Shown here in pieces: positions 26,901 to 43,070 of a DNA stretch of 64,000 nt (position 1 is its first letter; each line of letters begins with the position of its first letter). Made by a program: the position numbers and the translations under genes. The DNA lies in NCBI RefSeq assembly GCF_009914755.1, contig NC_060925.1. One strand, given 5' to 3'. Source of the stretch: the human T2T-CHM13v2.0 reference genome, Homo sapiens. The notes under the pieces are model-generated. The model had not been told where the DNA came from, searched no databases, and saw only the letters and a program-made list of their open reading frames with translations.

Positions 26901-29330
26901 CATTGAACGGAATTGAATGGAATCGTCAACGAATGAATTGAATGCAATCATCGAATGGTCTCGAATGGAATCATCTTCAAATGGAATGGAATGGAATCAT
27001 CGCATAGAATCGAATGGAATTATCATCGAATGGAATCGAATGGAATCAACATCAATCGGAAAAATCGGAATTATCGTATGGAATCGAAGAGAATCATCGA
27101 ATGGACCCGAATGGAATCATCTAATGGAGTGGAATGGAAAAATCCATGGACTCGAATGCAATCATCATCGAATGGAATCGAATGGAATCATCGAATGGAC
27201 TCGAATGGAATAATCATCGAACGGAATCGAATGGAGTCATCATCGGATGGAAATGAATGGAATCATCATCGAATGGAATCGAATAGAATTATGGAATGAA
27301 ATCCAGTGTGATCATCATCGAATGGACCCGAATGGAATCATCATCCAACGGAAGCTAATGGAATCAACATCGAATGAATCGAATGGAAACACCATCGAAT
27401 TGAAACGAATGGAATTATCATGAAATTGAAATGGATGGACTCATCATCGAATGGATTCGAATGGAATCATCGAATAAAATTGATTGAAATCATCAACAAA
27501 TGGAATCGAATGGTATCATTGAAGGGAATCGAATGGAATCATCATCAGATGGAAATGAATGGAATCGTCATAGAATGGAATCGAATGGATTCATTGAATG
27601 GAATCAGATGGAATCATCGAATGGACTGGAATGGAATCATTGAATGGACTCGAAAGGATTCATTATTGAATGCAATTGAATGGAATCATCGAATGGTCTC
27701 GATTGGAATCATTATCAAATGGAATCGAATGGAATCACAGAATAGAATCGAATGGAACAATCATCGAATGGACTCAAATGGAATTATCCTCAAATGGAAT
27801 CGAATGGAAATATCGAATTTAATCGAATGGAATTATCGAATGCAATCGAATAGAATCATCGAATGGACTCGAATGGAATCATCGAATGGAATGGAATGGA
27901 ACAGTCAATGAACACGAATGGAATCATCATTGAATGGAAACGAATGGAATCATCGAGTGGAATCGAATGGAATTATGATCAAATGGAATCGAATGTAATC
28001 ATCATCAAATGGAATCAAAAATAACCATCATCAATTGGTATTGAATGGAATTGTCATCAAATGGAATTCAAAGGAATCATCATCAAATGGAACCGAATGG
28101 AATCCTCATTGAATGGAAATGAAAGGGGTCATCATCTAATGGAATCGCATGGAATCATCATCAAATGGAATCGAATGGAATCATCATCAAATGGAATCTA
28201 ATGGAATCATTGAACAGAATTGAATGGAATCGTCATCGAATGAATTGAATGCAATCATCGAATGGTCTCGAATGGAATCATCTTCTAATGGAAAGGAATG
28301 GAATCACCGCATAGAATCGAATGGAATTAACATTGAATGGACTCGAATGGAATCCACATCAAACGGAATCAAGCGGAATTATCGAATGGAATCGAAGAGA
28401 ATCATCGAATGGACTCGAATGGAATCATCTAATGGAATGGAATGGAATAATCCACGGACTCGAATGCAATCATCATCGTATAGAATCGAATGGAATCATT
28501 GAATGGACTCGAATGGAATAATCTTTGAACAGAATCAAATGGAATCATCATCGGATGGAAACGAATGGAATCATCATCGAATGGAAAAGAAAAGAGTCAT
28601 CATCTAATGGAATTGCATGGAATCATCATAAAATGGAATCGAATGGAATCAACATCAAATGGAATCAAATGGAATCATTGAACGGAATTAAATGGAATCG
28701 TCATCGAATGAATTGAATGCAATCATCGAATGGTCTCGAATGGAATCATCTTCTAATGGAAAGTAATGGAATCATCGCATAGAAACGAATGGAATTAAAA
28801 TTGAATGTACTCGAATGGAATCAACATCAAACGGAAAAAAACGGAAATATCGAATGGAATCGAAGAGAATCATCGAATGGACCCGAATGGAATCATCTAA
28901 TGGAATGGAATGGAATAATCCATGGACACGAATGCAATCATCATCGAATGGAATCGAATGGAATCATCGAATGGACTCGAATGGAATAATCATTGAACGG
29001 AATCGAATGAAATCATCATGGGATGGAAACGAATGGAATCATCATCGAATGGAAATGAAAGGAGTCATGTAATGGAATTACATGGAATCATCATAAAATG
29101 GAATCGAATGGAATCAACATCAAATGGAATCCAATGGAATCATTGAACGGAATTGAATGAATCGTCATCGAATCAATTGAATGCAATCATCGAATGATCT
29201 CGAATGGAATCATGTTCAAATGGAATGGAATGGAATCATCACATAGAATCGAATGTAATTATCATCGAATGGAATCGAATGAAATCAACAACAAACGGAA
29301 AAAAAAGGAATTATCGAATGGAATCAAAGA
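23915..29330 (+). repeat. Recent 2707-bp tandem duplication
   Basis: Constant 2707 offset (24210/26917, 24713/27420, 25517/28224, 26082/28789, 26497/29204). Private variants are shared by both copies: AATAATGCATGG, GGAAAAATCCAT, TTGAAGGGAATC, GAATGATCTCG. Confidence 0.9.
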
Positions 29331-29739
29331 GAATCATCGAATGGACCCGAATGGAATCATCTAATGGAATGGAATGGAATAATCCATGGACTCGAATGCA
29401 ATCATCATCGAATGGAATCGAATGGAATCATCGAATGGACTCGAATGGAATAATCATTGAAAGGAATCGAATGGAATCATCATCGGATGGAAATGAATGG
29501 AATCATCATCGAATGGAATCGAATAGAATTATGGAATGAAATCCAGTGTGATCATCATCGAATGCACCCGAATGGAATCATCATCCAACGGAATCTAATG
29601 GAAACAACATCGAATGAATCGAAAGGAAACACCATCGAATTGAAACGAGTGGAATTATCATGAAATTGAAATGGATGGACTCATCATCGAATGGATTCGA
29701 ATGGAATCATCGAATAAAATTGATTGAAATCATCATCAA

Positions 29740-32700
29740 ATGGAATCGAATGGTATCATTGAATGGAATCGAATGGAATCATCATCAGATGGAAATGAAT
29801 GGAATCGTCATAGAATGGAATCGAATGGATTCATTGAATGGAATCAGATGGAATCATCGAATGGACTGGAATGGAATCATTGAATGGACTCGAGAGAGAT
29901 CATTATTGAATGGAATTGAATGGAATCATGGAATGGTCTCGATTGGAATCATTATCAAATGGAATCGAATGGAATCACCGAATAGAATCGAATGGAACAA
30001 TCATCGAATGGACTCCAATGGAATTATCCTCAAATGGAATCGAATGGAATTATCGAATGCAATCGAATGGAATTATCGAATGCAATCGAATAGAATCATC
30101 GAATGGACTCGAATGGAATCATCGAATGGAATGGAATGGAACAGTCAATGAACTCGAATGGAATCATCATTGAATGGAATCGAATGGAATCATCGAGTGG
30201 AATCGAATGGAATTATGATCAAATGGAATCGAATGTAATCATCATCAAATGGAATCAAAGATAACCATCATCAATTGGTATTGAATGGAATTGTCATCAA
30301 ATGGAATTCAAAGGAATCATCACCAAATGGAACCGAAAGGAATCCTCATTGAATGGAAATGAAAGGGGTCATCATCTAATGGAATCGCATGGAATCATCA
30401 TCAAATGGAATCGAATGGAATCATCATCAGATGGAATCTAATGGAATCATTGAACAGAATTGAATGGAATCGTCATCGAATGAATTGAATGCAATCATCG
30501 AATGGTCTCGAATGGAATCATCTTCTAATGGAAAGGAATGGAATCATCGCATAGAATCGAATGGAATTAACATTGAATGGACTCGAATGGAATCAACATC
30601 AAACGGAATCAAGCGGAATTATCGAATGGAATCGAAGAGAATCATCGAATGGACTCGAATGGAATCATCTAATGGAATGGAATGGAATAATCCACGGACT
30701 CGAATGCAACCACCATCGTATAGAATCGAATGGAAACATCGAATGGACTCGAATGGAATAATCATTGAACGGAATCGAATGGAATCATCATCGGATGGAA
30801 ACGAATGGAATCATCATCGAATGGAAATGAAAGGAGTCATCTAATGGAATTGCATGGAAACATCATCAAATGGAATCGAATGGAATCAACATCAAATGGA
30901 ATCTAATGGAATCATTGAACGGAATTGAATGGAATCGTCATCGAATGAATTGAATGCAATCATCGAATGGTCTCGAATGGAATCATCTTCAAATGGAATG
31001 GAATGGAATCATCGCATAGAATCGAATGGAATTATCATCGAATGGAATCGAATGGAATCAACATCAAACGGAAAAAAACGGAATTATCGAATGGAATCGA
31101 AGAGAATCATCGAATGGACCCGAATGGAATCATCTAATGGAATGGAATGGAATAATCCATGGACTCGAATGCAATCATCATCGAATGGAATCGAATGGAA
31201 TCATCGAATGGACTCGAATGGAATAATCATTGAACGGAATCGAATGGAATCATCATCGGATGGAAATGAATGGAATCATCATCGAATGGAATCGAATAGA
31301 ATTATGGAATGAAATCCAGTGTGATCATCATCGAATGGACCCGAATGGAATCATCATCCAACGGAAGCTAATGGAATCAACATCGAATGAATCGAATGGA
31401 AACACCATCGAATTGAAACGAATGGAATTATCATGAAATTGAAATGGATGGACTCATCATCGAATGGATTCGAATGGAATCATCGAATAAAATTGATTGA
31501 AATCATCATCAAATTGAATCGAATGGTATCATTGAATGGAATCGAATGGAATCATCATCAGATGGAAAAGAATGGAATCGTCATAGAATGGAATCGAATG
31601 GATTCATTGAATGGAATCAGATGGAATCATCGAATGGACTGGAATGGAATCATTGAATGGACTCGAAAGGGATCATGATTGAATGGAATTGAATGGAATC
31701 ATCGAATGGTCTCGATTGGAATCATTACCAAATGGAATCGAATGGAATCACCGAATAGAATCGAATGGAACAATCATCGAATGGACTCAAATGGAATTAT
31801 CCTCAAATGGAATCGAATGGAATTATCGAATGCAATCGAATGGAATTATCGAATGCAATAGAATAGAATCATCGAATGGACTCGAATGGAATCATCGAAT
31901 GGAATGGAATGGAACAGTCAATGAACTCGAATGGAATCATCATTGAATGGAATCGAATGGAATCATCGAGTGGAATCGAATGGAATTATGATCAAATGGA
32001 ATCGAATGTAATCATCATCAAATGGAATCAAAGATAACCATCATCAATTGGTATTGAATGGAATTGTCATCAAATGGAATTCAAAGGAATCATCATCAAA
32101 TGGAACCGAATGGAATCCTCATTGAATGGAAATGAAAGGGGTCATCATCTAATGGAATCACATGGAATCATCATCAAATGGAATCGAATGGAATCATCAT
32201 CAAATGGAATCTAATGGAATCATTGAACAGAATTGAATGGAATCGTCATCGAATGAATTGAATACAATCATCGAATGGTCTCGAATGCAATCATCTTCTA
32301 ATGGAAAGGAATGGAATCATCGCATAGAATCGAATGGAATTAACATTGAATGGACTCGAATGGAATCAACATCAAAGGGAATCAAGCGGAATTATCGAAT
32401 GTAATCGAAGAGAACCATGGAATGGACTCGAATGGAATCATCTAATGGAATGGAATGGAATAATCCACGGACTCGAATGCAATCATCATCGTATAGAATC
32501 GAATGGAATCATTGAATGGACTCGAATGGAATAATCATTGAACGGAATCGAATGGAATCATCATCGGATGGAAACGAATGGAATTATCATCCAATGGAAA
32601 TGAAAGGAGTCATCATCTAATGGAATCGCATGGAATCATCATAAAATGGAATCGAATGGAATCAACATCAAATGGAATCAAATGGAATCATTGAACGGAA

Positions 32701-35700
32701 TTGAATGGAATCGTCATCGAATGAATTGAATGCAATCATCGAATGGTCTCGAATGGAATCATCTTCAAATGGAATGGAATGGATTCATCGCATAGAATCG
32801 AATGGAATTATCATCGAATGGAATCGAAAGGTATCAACATCAAACGGAAAAAAACGGAATTATCGAATGGAATCGAAGAGAATCATCGAACGGACTCGAA
32901 TGGAATCATCTAATGGAAAGGAATGGAATAATCCATGGACTCGAATCCAATCATCATCGAATGGAATCGAATGGAATCATTGAAAGGACTCTAATGGAAT
33001 AATCATTGAAGGGAATCGAATGGAATCATCATCGAATGGAAACTAATGGAATCATCATCGAATGGAAATGAAAGGAGTCATCATCTAATGGAATTGCATG
33101 GAATCATCATAAAATGGAATCGAATGGAATCAACATCAAATGGAATGAAACGGAATCATTGAACGGAATTGAATGGAATCTTCATCGAACGAATTGAATG
33201 CAATCATCGAATGGTCTCGAATGGAATCATCTTCAAATGGAATGGAATGGAATCATCGCATAGAATCGAATGGAATTATCATCAAATGGTATCAACATCA
33301 AACGGAAAAAAACGGAATTATCGAATGGAATCGAAGAGAATCATCGAATGTACCTGAATGGAATCATCTAATGGAATGGAATGGAATAATCCATGGACTC
33401 GAATGCAATCATCATAAAATGGAATCGAATGGAATCATCGAATGGACTCGAATGGAATAATCATTGAATGGAATCGAATGGAATCATCATGGGATGGAAA
33501 TGAATGGAATCATCATCGAATGGAATCGAATAGAATTATGGAATGAAATCCAGTGTGATTATCATCGAATGGACCCGAATGGAATCATCATCCAACGGAA
33601 GCTAATGGAATCAACATCGAATGAATCGAATGGAAACACCATCGAATTGAAACGAATGGAATTATCATGAAATTGAAATGGATGGACTCATCATCGAATG
33701 GATTCGAATGGAATCATCGAATAAAATTGATTGAAATCATCATCCAATGGAATCGAATGGTATCATTGAATGGAATCGAATGGAATCATCATCAGATGGA
33801 AATGAATGGAATCGTCATAGAATGGAATCGAATGGATTCATTGAATGGAATCAGATGGAATCATCGAATGGACTGGAATGGAATCATTGAATGGACTCGA
33901 AAGGGATCATTATTGAATGGAATTGAATGGAATAATCGAATGGTCTCGGTTGGAATCATTATCAAATGGAATCGAATGGAATCACCGAATAGAATCGAAT
34001 GGAACAATCATCGAATGGAGTCAAATGGAATTATCCTCAAATGGAATCGAATGGAATTATCGAATGCAATCGAATGGAATTATCGAATGCAATCGAATAG
34101 AATCATCGAATGGACTCGAATGGAATCATCGAATGGAATGGAATGGAACAGTCAATGAACTCGAATGGAATCATCATTGAATGGAATCGAATGGAATCAT
34201 CGAGTGGAATCGAATGGAAATATGATCAAATGGAATCGAACGTAATCATCATCAAATGGAATCAAAAATAAACATCATCAATTGGTATTGAATGGAATTG
34301 TCATCAAATGGAATTCAAAGGAATCATCATCAAATGGAACCGAATGGAATCCTCATTGAATGGAAATGAAAGGGGTCATCATCTAATGGAATCCCATGGA
34401 ATCATCATCAAATGTAATCGAATGGAATCATCATCAAATGGAATCTAATGGAATCATTGAACAGAATTGAATGGAATCGTCATCGAATGAATTGAATACA
34501 ATCATCGAATGGTCTCGAATGCAATCATCTTCTAATGGAAAGGAATGGAATCATCGCATAGAATCGAATGGAATTAACATTGAATGGACTCGAATGGAAT
34601 CAACATCAAACGGAATCAAGCGGAATTATCGAATGTAATCGAAGAGAACCATCGAATGGACTCGAATGGAATCATCTAATGGAATGGAATGGAATAATCC
34701 ATGGACTCGAATGCAATCATCATCGTATAGAATCGAATGGAATCATCGAATGGACTCGAATGGAATAATCATTGAACGGAATCGAATGGAATCATCATCG
34801 GATGGAAACGAATGGAATCATCATCGAATGGAAATGAAAGGAGTCATCTAATGGAATTGCATGGAATCATCATCAAATGGAATCGAATGGAATCAACATC
34901 AAATGGAATCAAATGGAATCATTGAACGGAATTGAATGGAATCGTCATCGAATGAATTGAATGCAATCATCGAATGGTCTCGAATGGAATCATCTTCAAA
35001 TGGAATGGAATGGAATCATCGCATAGAATCGAATGGAATTATCATCGAATGGATTCGAATGGAATCAACATCAAACGGAAAAAAACGGAATTATCGAATG
35101 GAATCGAAGAGAATCATCGAATGGACCCGAATGGAATCATCTAATGGAATGGAATGGAATAATCCATGGACTCGAAAGCAATCATCATCGAATGGAATCG
35201 AATCGAATCATCGAATGGACTCGAATGGAATAATCACGGAACGGAATCGAATGAAATCATCATCGGATGGAAATGTATGGAATCATCATCGAATGGAATC
35301 GAATAGAATTATGGAATGAAATCCAGTGTGATCATCATCGAATGGACCTGAATGGAATCATCATCTAATGGAAACTAATGGAATCAACATGGAATGAATC
35401 GAATGGAAACACCTTCGATTTGAAACGAATGGAATTATCATGAAAGTGAAATGGATGGACTCATCATCGAATGGATTCGAATGGAATCATCGAATAAAAT
35501 TGATTGAAATCATCATCCAATGGAATCGAATGGTATCATTGAATGGAATCGAATGGAATCATCATCAGATGGAAATGAATGGAATCGTCATAGAATGGAA
35601 TCGAATGGATTCATTGAATGGAATCAGATGGAATCATCGAATGGACTGGAATGGAATCATTGAATGGACTCGAGAGAGATCATTATTGAATGGAATTGAA

Positions 35701-38700
35701 TGGAATCATGGAATGGTCTCGATTGGAATCATTATCAAATGGAATCGAATGGAATCACCGAATAGAATCGAATGGAACAATCATCGAATGGACTCCAATG
35801 GAATTATCCTCAAATGGAATCGAATGGAATTATCGAATGCAATCGAATGGAATTATCGAATGCAATCGAATAGAATCATCGAATGGACTCGAATGGAATC
35901 ATCGAATGGAATGGAATGGAACAGTCAATGAACTCGAATGGAATCATCATTGAATGGAATCGAATGGAATCATCGAGTGGAATCGAATGGAATTATGATC
36001 AAATGGAATCGAATGTAATCATCATCAAATGGAATCAAAGATAACCATCATCAATTGGTATTGAATGGAATTGTCATCAAATGGAATTCAAAGGAATCAT
36101 CACCAAATGGAACCGAAAGGAATCCTCATTGAATGGAAATGAAAGGGGTCATCATCTAATGGAATCGCATGGAATCATCATCAAATGGAATCGAATGGAA
36201 TCATCATCAGATGGAATCTAATGGAATCATTGAACAGAATTGAATGGAATCGTCATCGAATGAATTGAATGCAATCATCGAATGGTCTCGAATGGAATCA
36301 TCTTCTAATGGAAAGGAATGGAATCATCGCATAGAATCGAATGGAATTAACATTGAATGGACTCGAATGGAATCAACATCAAACGGAATCAAGCGGAATT
36401 ATCGAATGGAATCGAAGAGAATCATCGAATGGACTCGAATGGAATCATCTAATGGAATGGAATGGAATAATCCACGGACTCGAATGCAACCACCATCGTA
36501 TAGAATCGAATGGAAACATCGAATGGACTCGAATGGAATAATCATTGAACGGAATCGAATGGAATCATCATCGGATGGAAACGAATGGAATCATCATCGA
36601 ATGGAAATGAAAGGAGTCATCTAATGGAATTGCATGGAAACATCATCAAATGGAATCGAATGGAATCAACATCAAATGGAATCTAATGGAATCATTGAAC
36701 GGAATTGAATGGAATCGTCATCGAATGAATTGAATGCAATCATCGAATGGTCTCGAATGGAATCATCTTCAAATGGAATGGAATGGAATCATCGCATAGA
36801 ATCGAATGGAATTATCATCGAATGGAATCGAATGGAATCAACATCAAACGGAAAAAAACGGAATTATCGAATGGAATCGAAGAGAATCATCGAATGGACC
36901 CGAATGGAATCATCTAATGGAATGGAATGGAATAATCCATGGACTCGAATGCAATCATCATCGAATGGAATCGAATGGAATCATCGAATGGACTCGAATG
37001 GAATAATCATTGAACGGAATCGAATGGAATCATCATCGGATGGAAATGAATGGAATCATCATCGAATGGAATCGAATAGAATTATGGAATGAAATCCAGT
37101 GTGATCATCATCGAATGGACCCGAATGGAATCATCATCCAACGGAAGCTAATGGAATCAACATCGAATGAATCGAATGGAAACACCATCGAATTGAAACG
37201 AATGGAATTATCATGAAATTGAAATGGATGGACTCATCATCGAATGGATTCGAATGGAATCATCGAATAAAATTGATTGAAATCATCATCAAATTGAATC
37301 GAATGGTATCATTGAATGGAATCGAATGGAATCATCATCAGATGGAAAAGAATGGAATCGTCATAGAATGGAATCGAATGGATTCATTGAATGGAATCAG
37401 ATGGAATCATCGAATGGACTGGAATGGAATCATTGAATGGACTCGAAAGGGATCATGATTGAATGGAATTGAATGGAATCATCGAATGGTCTCGATTGGA
37501 ATCATTACCAAATGGAATCGAATGGAATCACCGAATAGAATCGAATGGAACAATCATCGAATGGACTCAAATGGAATTATCCTCAAATGGAATCGAATGG
37601 AATTAACGAATGCAATCGAATGGAATTATCGAATGCAATAGAATAGAATCATCGAATGGACTCGAATGGAATCATCGAATGGAATGGAATGGAACAGTCA
37701 ATGAACTCGAATGGAATCATCATTGAATGGAATCGAATGGAATCATCGAGTGGAATCGAATGGAATTATGATCAAATGGAATCGAATGTAATCATCATCA
37801 AATGGAATCAAAGATAACCATCATCAATTGGTATTGAATGGAATTGTCATCAAATGGAATTCAAAGGAATCATCATCAAATGGAACCGAATGGAATCCTC
37901 ATTGAATGGAAATGAAAGGGGTCATCATCTAATGGAATCACATGGAATCATCATCAAATGGAATCGAATGGAATCATCATCAAATGGAATCTAATGGAAT
38001 CATTGAACAGAATTGAATGGAATCGTCATCGAATGAATTGAATACAATCATCGAATGGTCTCGAATGCAATCATCTTCTAATGGAAAGGAATGGAATCAT
38101 CGCATAGAATCGAATGGAATTAACATTGAATGGACTCGAATGGAATCAACATCAAAGGGAATCAAGCGGAATTATCGAATGTAATCGAAGAGAACCATGG
38201 AATGGACTCGAATGGAATCATCTAATGGAATGGAATGGAATAATCCACGGACTCGAATGCAATCATCATCGTATAGAATCGAATGGAATCATTGAATGGA
38301 CTCGAATGGAATAATCATTGAACGGAATCGAATGGAATCATCATCGGATGGAAACGAATGGAATTATCATCCAATGGAAATGAAAGGAGTCATCATCTAA
38401 TGGAATCGCATGGAATCATCATAAAATGGAATCGAATGGAATCAACATCAAATGGAATCAAATGGAATCATTGAACGGAATTGAATGGAATCGTCATCGA
38501 ATGAATTGAATGCAATCATCGAATGGTCTCGAATGGAATCATCTTCAAATGGAATGGAATGGAATCATCGCATAGAATCGAATGGAATTATCATCGAATG
38601 GAATCGAAAGGTATCAACATCAAACGGAAAAAAACGGAATTATCGAATGGAATCGAAGAGAATCATCGAACGGACTCGAATGGAATCATCTAATGGAAAG

Positions 38701-41700
38701 GAATGGAATAATCCATGGACTCGAATCCAATCATCATCGAATGGAATCGAATGGAATCATTGAAAGGACTCTAATGGAATAATCATTGAAGGGAATCGAA
38801 TGGAATCATCATCGAATGGAAACTAATGGAATCATCATCGAATGGAAATGAAAGGAGTCATCATCTAATGGAATTGCATGGAATCATCATAAAATGGAAT
38901 CGAATGGAATCAACATCAAATGGAATGAAACGGAATCATTGAACGGAATTGAATGGAATCTTCATCGAATGAATTGAATGCAATCATCGAATGGTCTCGA
39001 ATGGAATCATCTTCAAATGGAATGGAATGGAATCATCGCATAGAATCGAATGGAATTATCATCAAATGGTATCAACATCAAACGGAAAAAAACGGAATTA
39101 TCGAATGGAATCGAAGAGAATCATCGAACGGACCCGAATGGAATCATCTAATGGAATGGAATGGAATAACCATGGACTCGAATGCAATCATCATCGAATG
39201 GAATCGAGTGGAATCATCGAATGGACTCGAATGGAATAATCATTGAACGGAATCGAATGGAATCATCATCGGATGGAAATGAATGGAATCATCATCGAAT
39301 GGAATCGAATAGAATTATGGAATGAAATCCAGTGTGATCATCATCGAATGGACCCGAATGGAATCATCATCCAACGGAAGCTAATGGAATCAACATCGAA
39401 TGAATGGAATGGAACCACCATCGAATTGAAACGAATGGAATTATCATGAAATTGAAATGGATGGACTCATCATCGAATGGATTCGAATGGAATCATCGAA
39501 TAAAATTGATTGAAATCATCATCAAATGGAATCGAATGGTATCATTGAATGGAATCGAATGGAATCATCATCAGATGGAAATGAATGGAATCGTCATAGA
39601 ATGGAATCGAATGGATTCATTGAATGGAATCAGATGGAATCATCGAATGGACTGGAATGGAATCATTGAATGGACTCGAAAGGGATCATTATTGAATGGA
39701 ATTGAATGGAATCATCGAACGGTCTCGATTGGAATCATTATCAAATGGAATCGAATGGAATCACCGAATAGAATCGAATGGAACAATCATCGAATGGACT
39801 CAAATGGAATTACCCTCAAATGGAATCGAATGGAATTATCGAATGCACTCGAATGGAATTATCAAATGCATTCGAATAGAATCATCGAATGGACTCGAAT
39901 GGAATCATCGAATGGAATGGAATGGAACAGTGAATGAACTCGAATGGAATCATCATTGAATGGAATCGAATGGAATCATCGAGTGGAATCGAATGGAATT
40001 ATGATCAAATGGAATCGAATGTAATCATCATCAAATGGAATCAAAAATAACCATCATCAATTGGTATTGAATGGAATTGTCATCAAATGGAATTCAAAGG
40101 AATCATCATCAAATGGAACCGAATGCAATCCTCATTGAATGGAAATGAAAGGGGTCATCATCTAATGGAATCGCATGGAATCATCATCCAATGGAATCGA
40201 ATGGAATCATCATCAAATGGAATCTAATGGAATCATTGAACAGAATTGAATGGAATCGTCATCGAATGAATTGAATGCAATCATCGAATGGTCTCGAATG
40301 GAATCATCTTCTAATGGAAAGGAATGGAATCATCGCATAGAATCGAATGGAATTAACATTGAATGGACTCGAATGGAATCAACATCAAACGGAATCAAGC
40401 GGAATTATCGAATGTAATCGAAGAGAATCATCGAATGTACACGAATGGAATCTTCTAATGGAATGGATTGGAATAATCCACGGACTCGAATGCAATCATC
40501 ATCGTATAGAATCGAATGGAATCATTGAATGGACTCAAATGGAATAATCATTGAACTTAATCGAATGGAATCATCATCGAATGGAAACGAATGGAATCAT
40601 CATCGAATGGAAATGAAAGGAGTCATCATGTAATGGAATTGCATGGAATCATCATAAAATGGATTCCAATCGAATCAACATCAAATGGAATCAAATGGAA
40701 TCATTGAACGGAATTGAATGGAATCGTCATCGAATGAATTGAATGCAATCATCGAATGGTCTCGAATGGAATCATCTTCAAATGGAATGGAATGGAATCA
40801 TCGCATAGAATCGAATGGAATTATCATCGAATGGAATCGAATGGAATCAACATCAAACGGAAAAAAACGGAATTATCGAATGGAATCGAAGAGAATCATC
40901 GAATGTACCTGAATGGAATCATCTAATGGAATGGAATGGAATAATCCATGGACTCGAATGCAATCATCATAAAATGGAATCGAATGGAATCCTCGAATGG
41001 ACTCGAATGGAATAATCATTGAATGGAATCGAATGGAATCATCATGGGATGGAAATGAATGGAATCATCATCGAATGGAATCGAATAGAATTATGGAATG
41101 AAATCCAGTGTGATTATCATCGAATGGACCCGAATGGAATCATCATCCAACGGAAGCTAATGGAATCAACATCGAATGAATCGAATGGAAACACCATCGA
41201 ATTGAAACGAATGGAATTATCATGAAATTGAAATGGATGGACTCATCATCGAATGGATTCGAATGGAATCATCGAATAAAATTGATTGAAATCATCATCC
41301 AATGGAATCGAATGGTATCATTGAATGGAATCGAATGGAATCATCATCAGATGGAAATGAATGGAATCGTCATAGAATGGAATCGAATGGATTCATTGAA
41401 TGGAATCAGATGGAATCATCGAATGGACTGGAATGGAATCATTGAATGGACTCGAAAGGGATCATTATTGAATGGAATTGAATGGAATAATCGAATGGTC
41501 TCGGTTGGAATCATTATCAAATGGAATCGAATGGAATCACCGAATAGAATCGAATGGAACAATCATCGAATGGAGTCAAATGGAATTATCCTCAAATGGA
41601 ATCGAATGGAATTATCGAATGCAATCGAATGGAATTATCGAATGCAATCGAATAGAATCATCGAATGGACTCGAATGGAATCATCGAATGGAATGGAATG

Positions 41701-43070
41701 GAACAGTCAATGAACTCGAATGGAATCATCATTGAATGGAATCGAATGGAATCATCGAGTGGAATCGAATGGAAATATGATCAAATGGAATCGAACGTAA
41801 TCATCATCAAATGGAATCAAAAATAAACATCATCAATTGGTATTGAATGGAATTGTCATCAAATGGAATTCAAAGGAATCATCATCAAATGGAACCGAAT
41901 GGAATCCTCATTGAATGGAAATGAAAGGGGTCATCATCTAATGGAATCCCATGGAATCATCATCAAATGTAATCGAATGGAATCATCATCAAATGGAATC
42001 TAATGGAATCATTGAACAGAATTGAATGGAATCGTCATCGAATGAATTGAATACAATCATCGAATGGTCTCGAATGCAATCATCTTCTAATGGAAAGGAA
42101 TGGAATCATCGCATAGAATCGAATGGAATTAACATTGAATGGACTCGAATGGAATCAACATCAAACGGAATCAAGCGGAATTATCGAATGTAATCGAAGA
42201 GAACCATCGAATGGACTCGAATGGAATCATCTAATGGAATGGAATGGAATAATCCATGGACTCGAATGCAATCATCATCGTATAGAATCGAATGGAATCA
42301 TCGAATGGACTCGAATGGAATAATCATTGAACGGAATCGAATGGAATCATCATCGGATGGAAACGAATGGAATCATCATCGAATGGAAATGAAAGGAGTC
42401 ATCTAATGGAATTGCATGGAATCATCATCAAATGGAATCGAATGGAATCAACATCAAATGGAATCAAATGGAATCATTGAACGGAATTGAATGGAATCGT
42501 CATCGAATGAATTGAATGCAATCATCGAATGGTCTCGAATGGAATCATCTTCAAATGGAATGGAATGGAATCATCGCATAGAATCGAATGGAATTATCAT
42601 CGAATGGATTCGAATGGAATCAACATCAAACGGAAAAAAACGGAATTATCGAATGGAATCGAAGAGAATCATCGAATGGACCCGAATGGAATCATCTAAT
42701 GGAATGGAATGGAATAATCCATGGACTCGAAAGCAATCATCATCGAATGGAATCGAATCGAATCATCGAATGGACTCGAATGGAATAATCACGGAACGGA
42801 ATCGAATGAAATCATCATCGGATGGAAATGTATGGAATCATCATCGAATGGAATCGAATAGAATTATGGAATGAAATCCAGTGTGATCATCATCGAACGG
42901 ACCTGAATGGAATCATCATCTAATGGAAACTAATGGAATCAACATGGAATGAATCGAATGGAAACACCTTCGATTTGAAACGAATGGAATTATCATGAAA
43001 GTGAAATGGATGGACTCATCATCGAATGGATTCGAATGGAATCATCGAATAAAATTGATTGAAATCATCA
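29740..43070 (+). repeat. Recent large tandem duplication with A-B-A-C-B structure (offsets 5780 and 7555 bp)
   Basis: Offset 5780 holds for 30464/36244, 31433/37213, 32705/38485 and 33173/38953. Offset 7555 holds for 33464/41019, 33667/41222, 34936/42491 and 35440/42995. Many private variants are shared. Confidence 0.88.
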
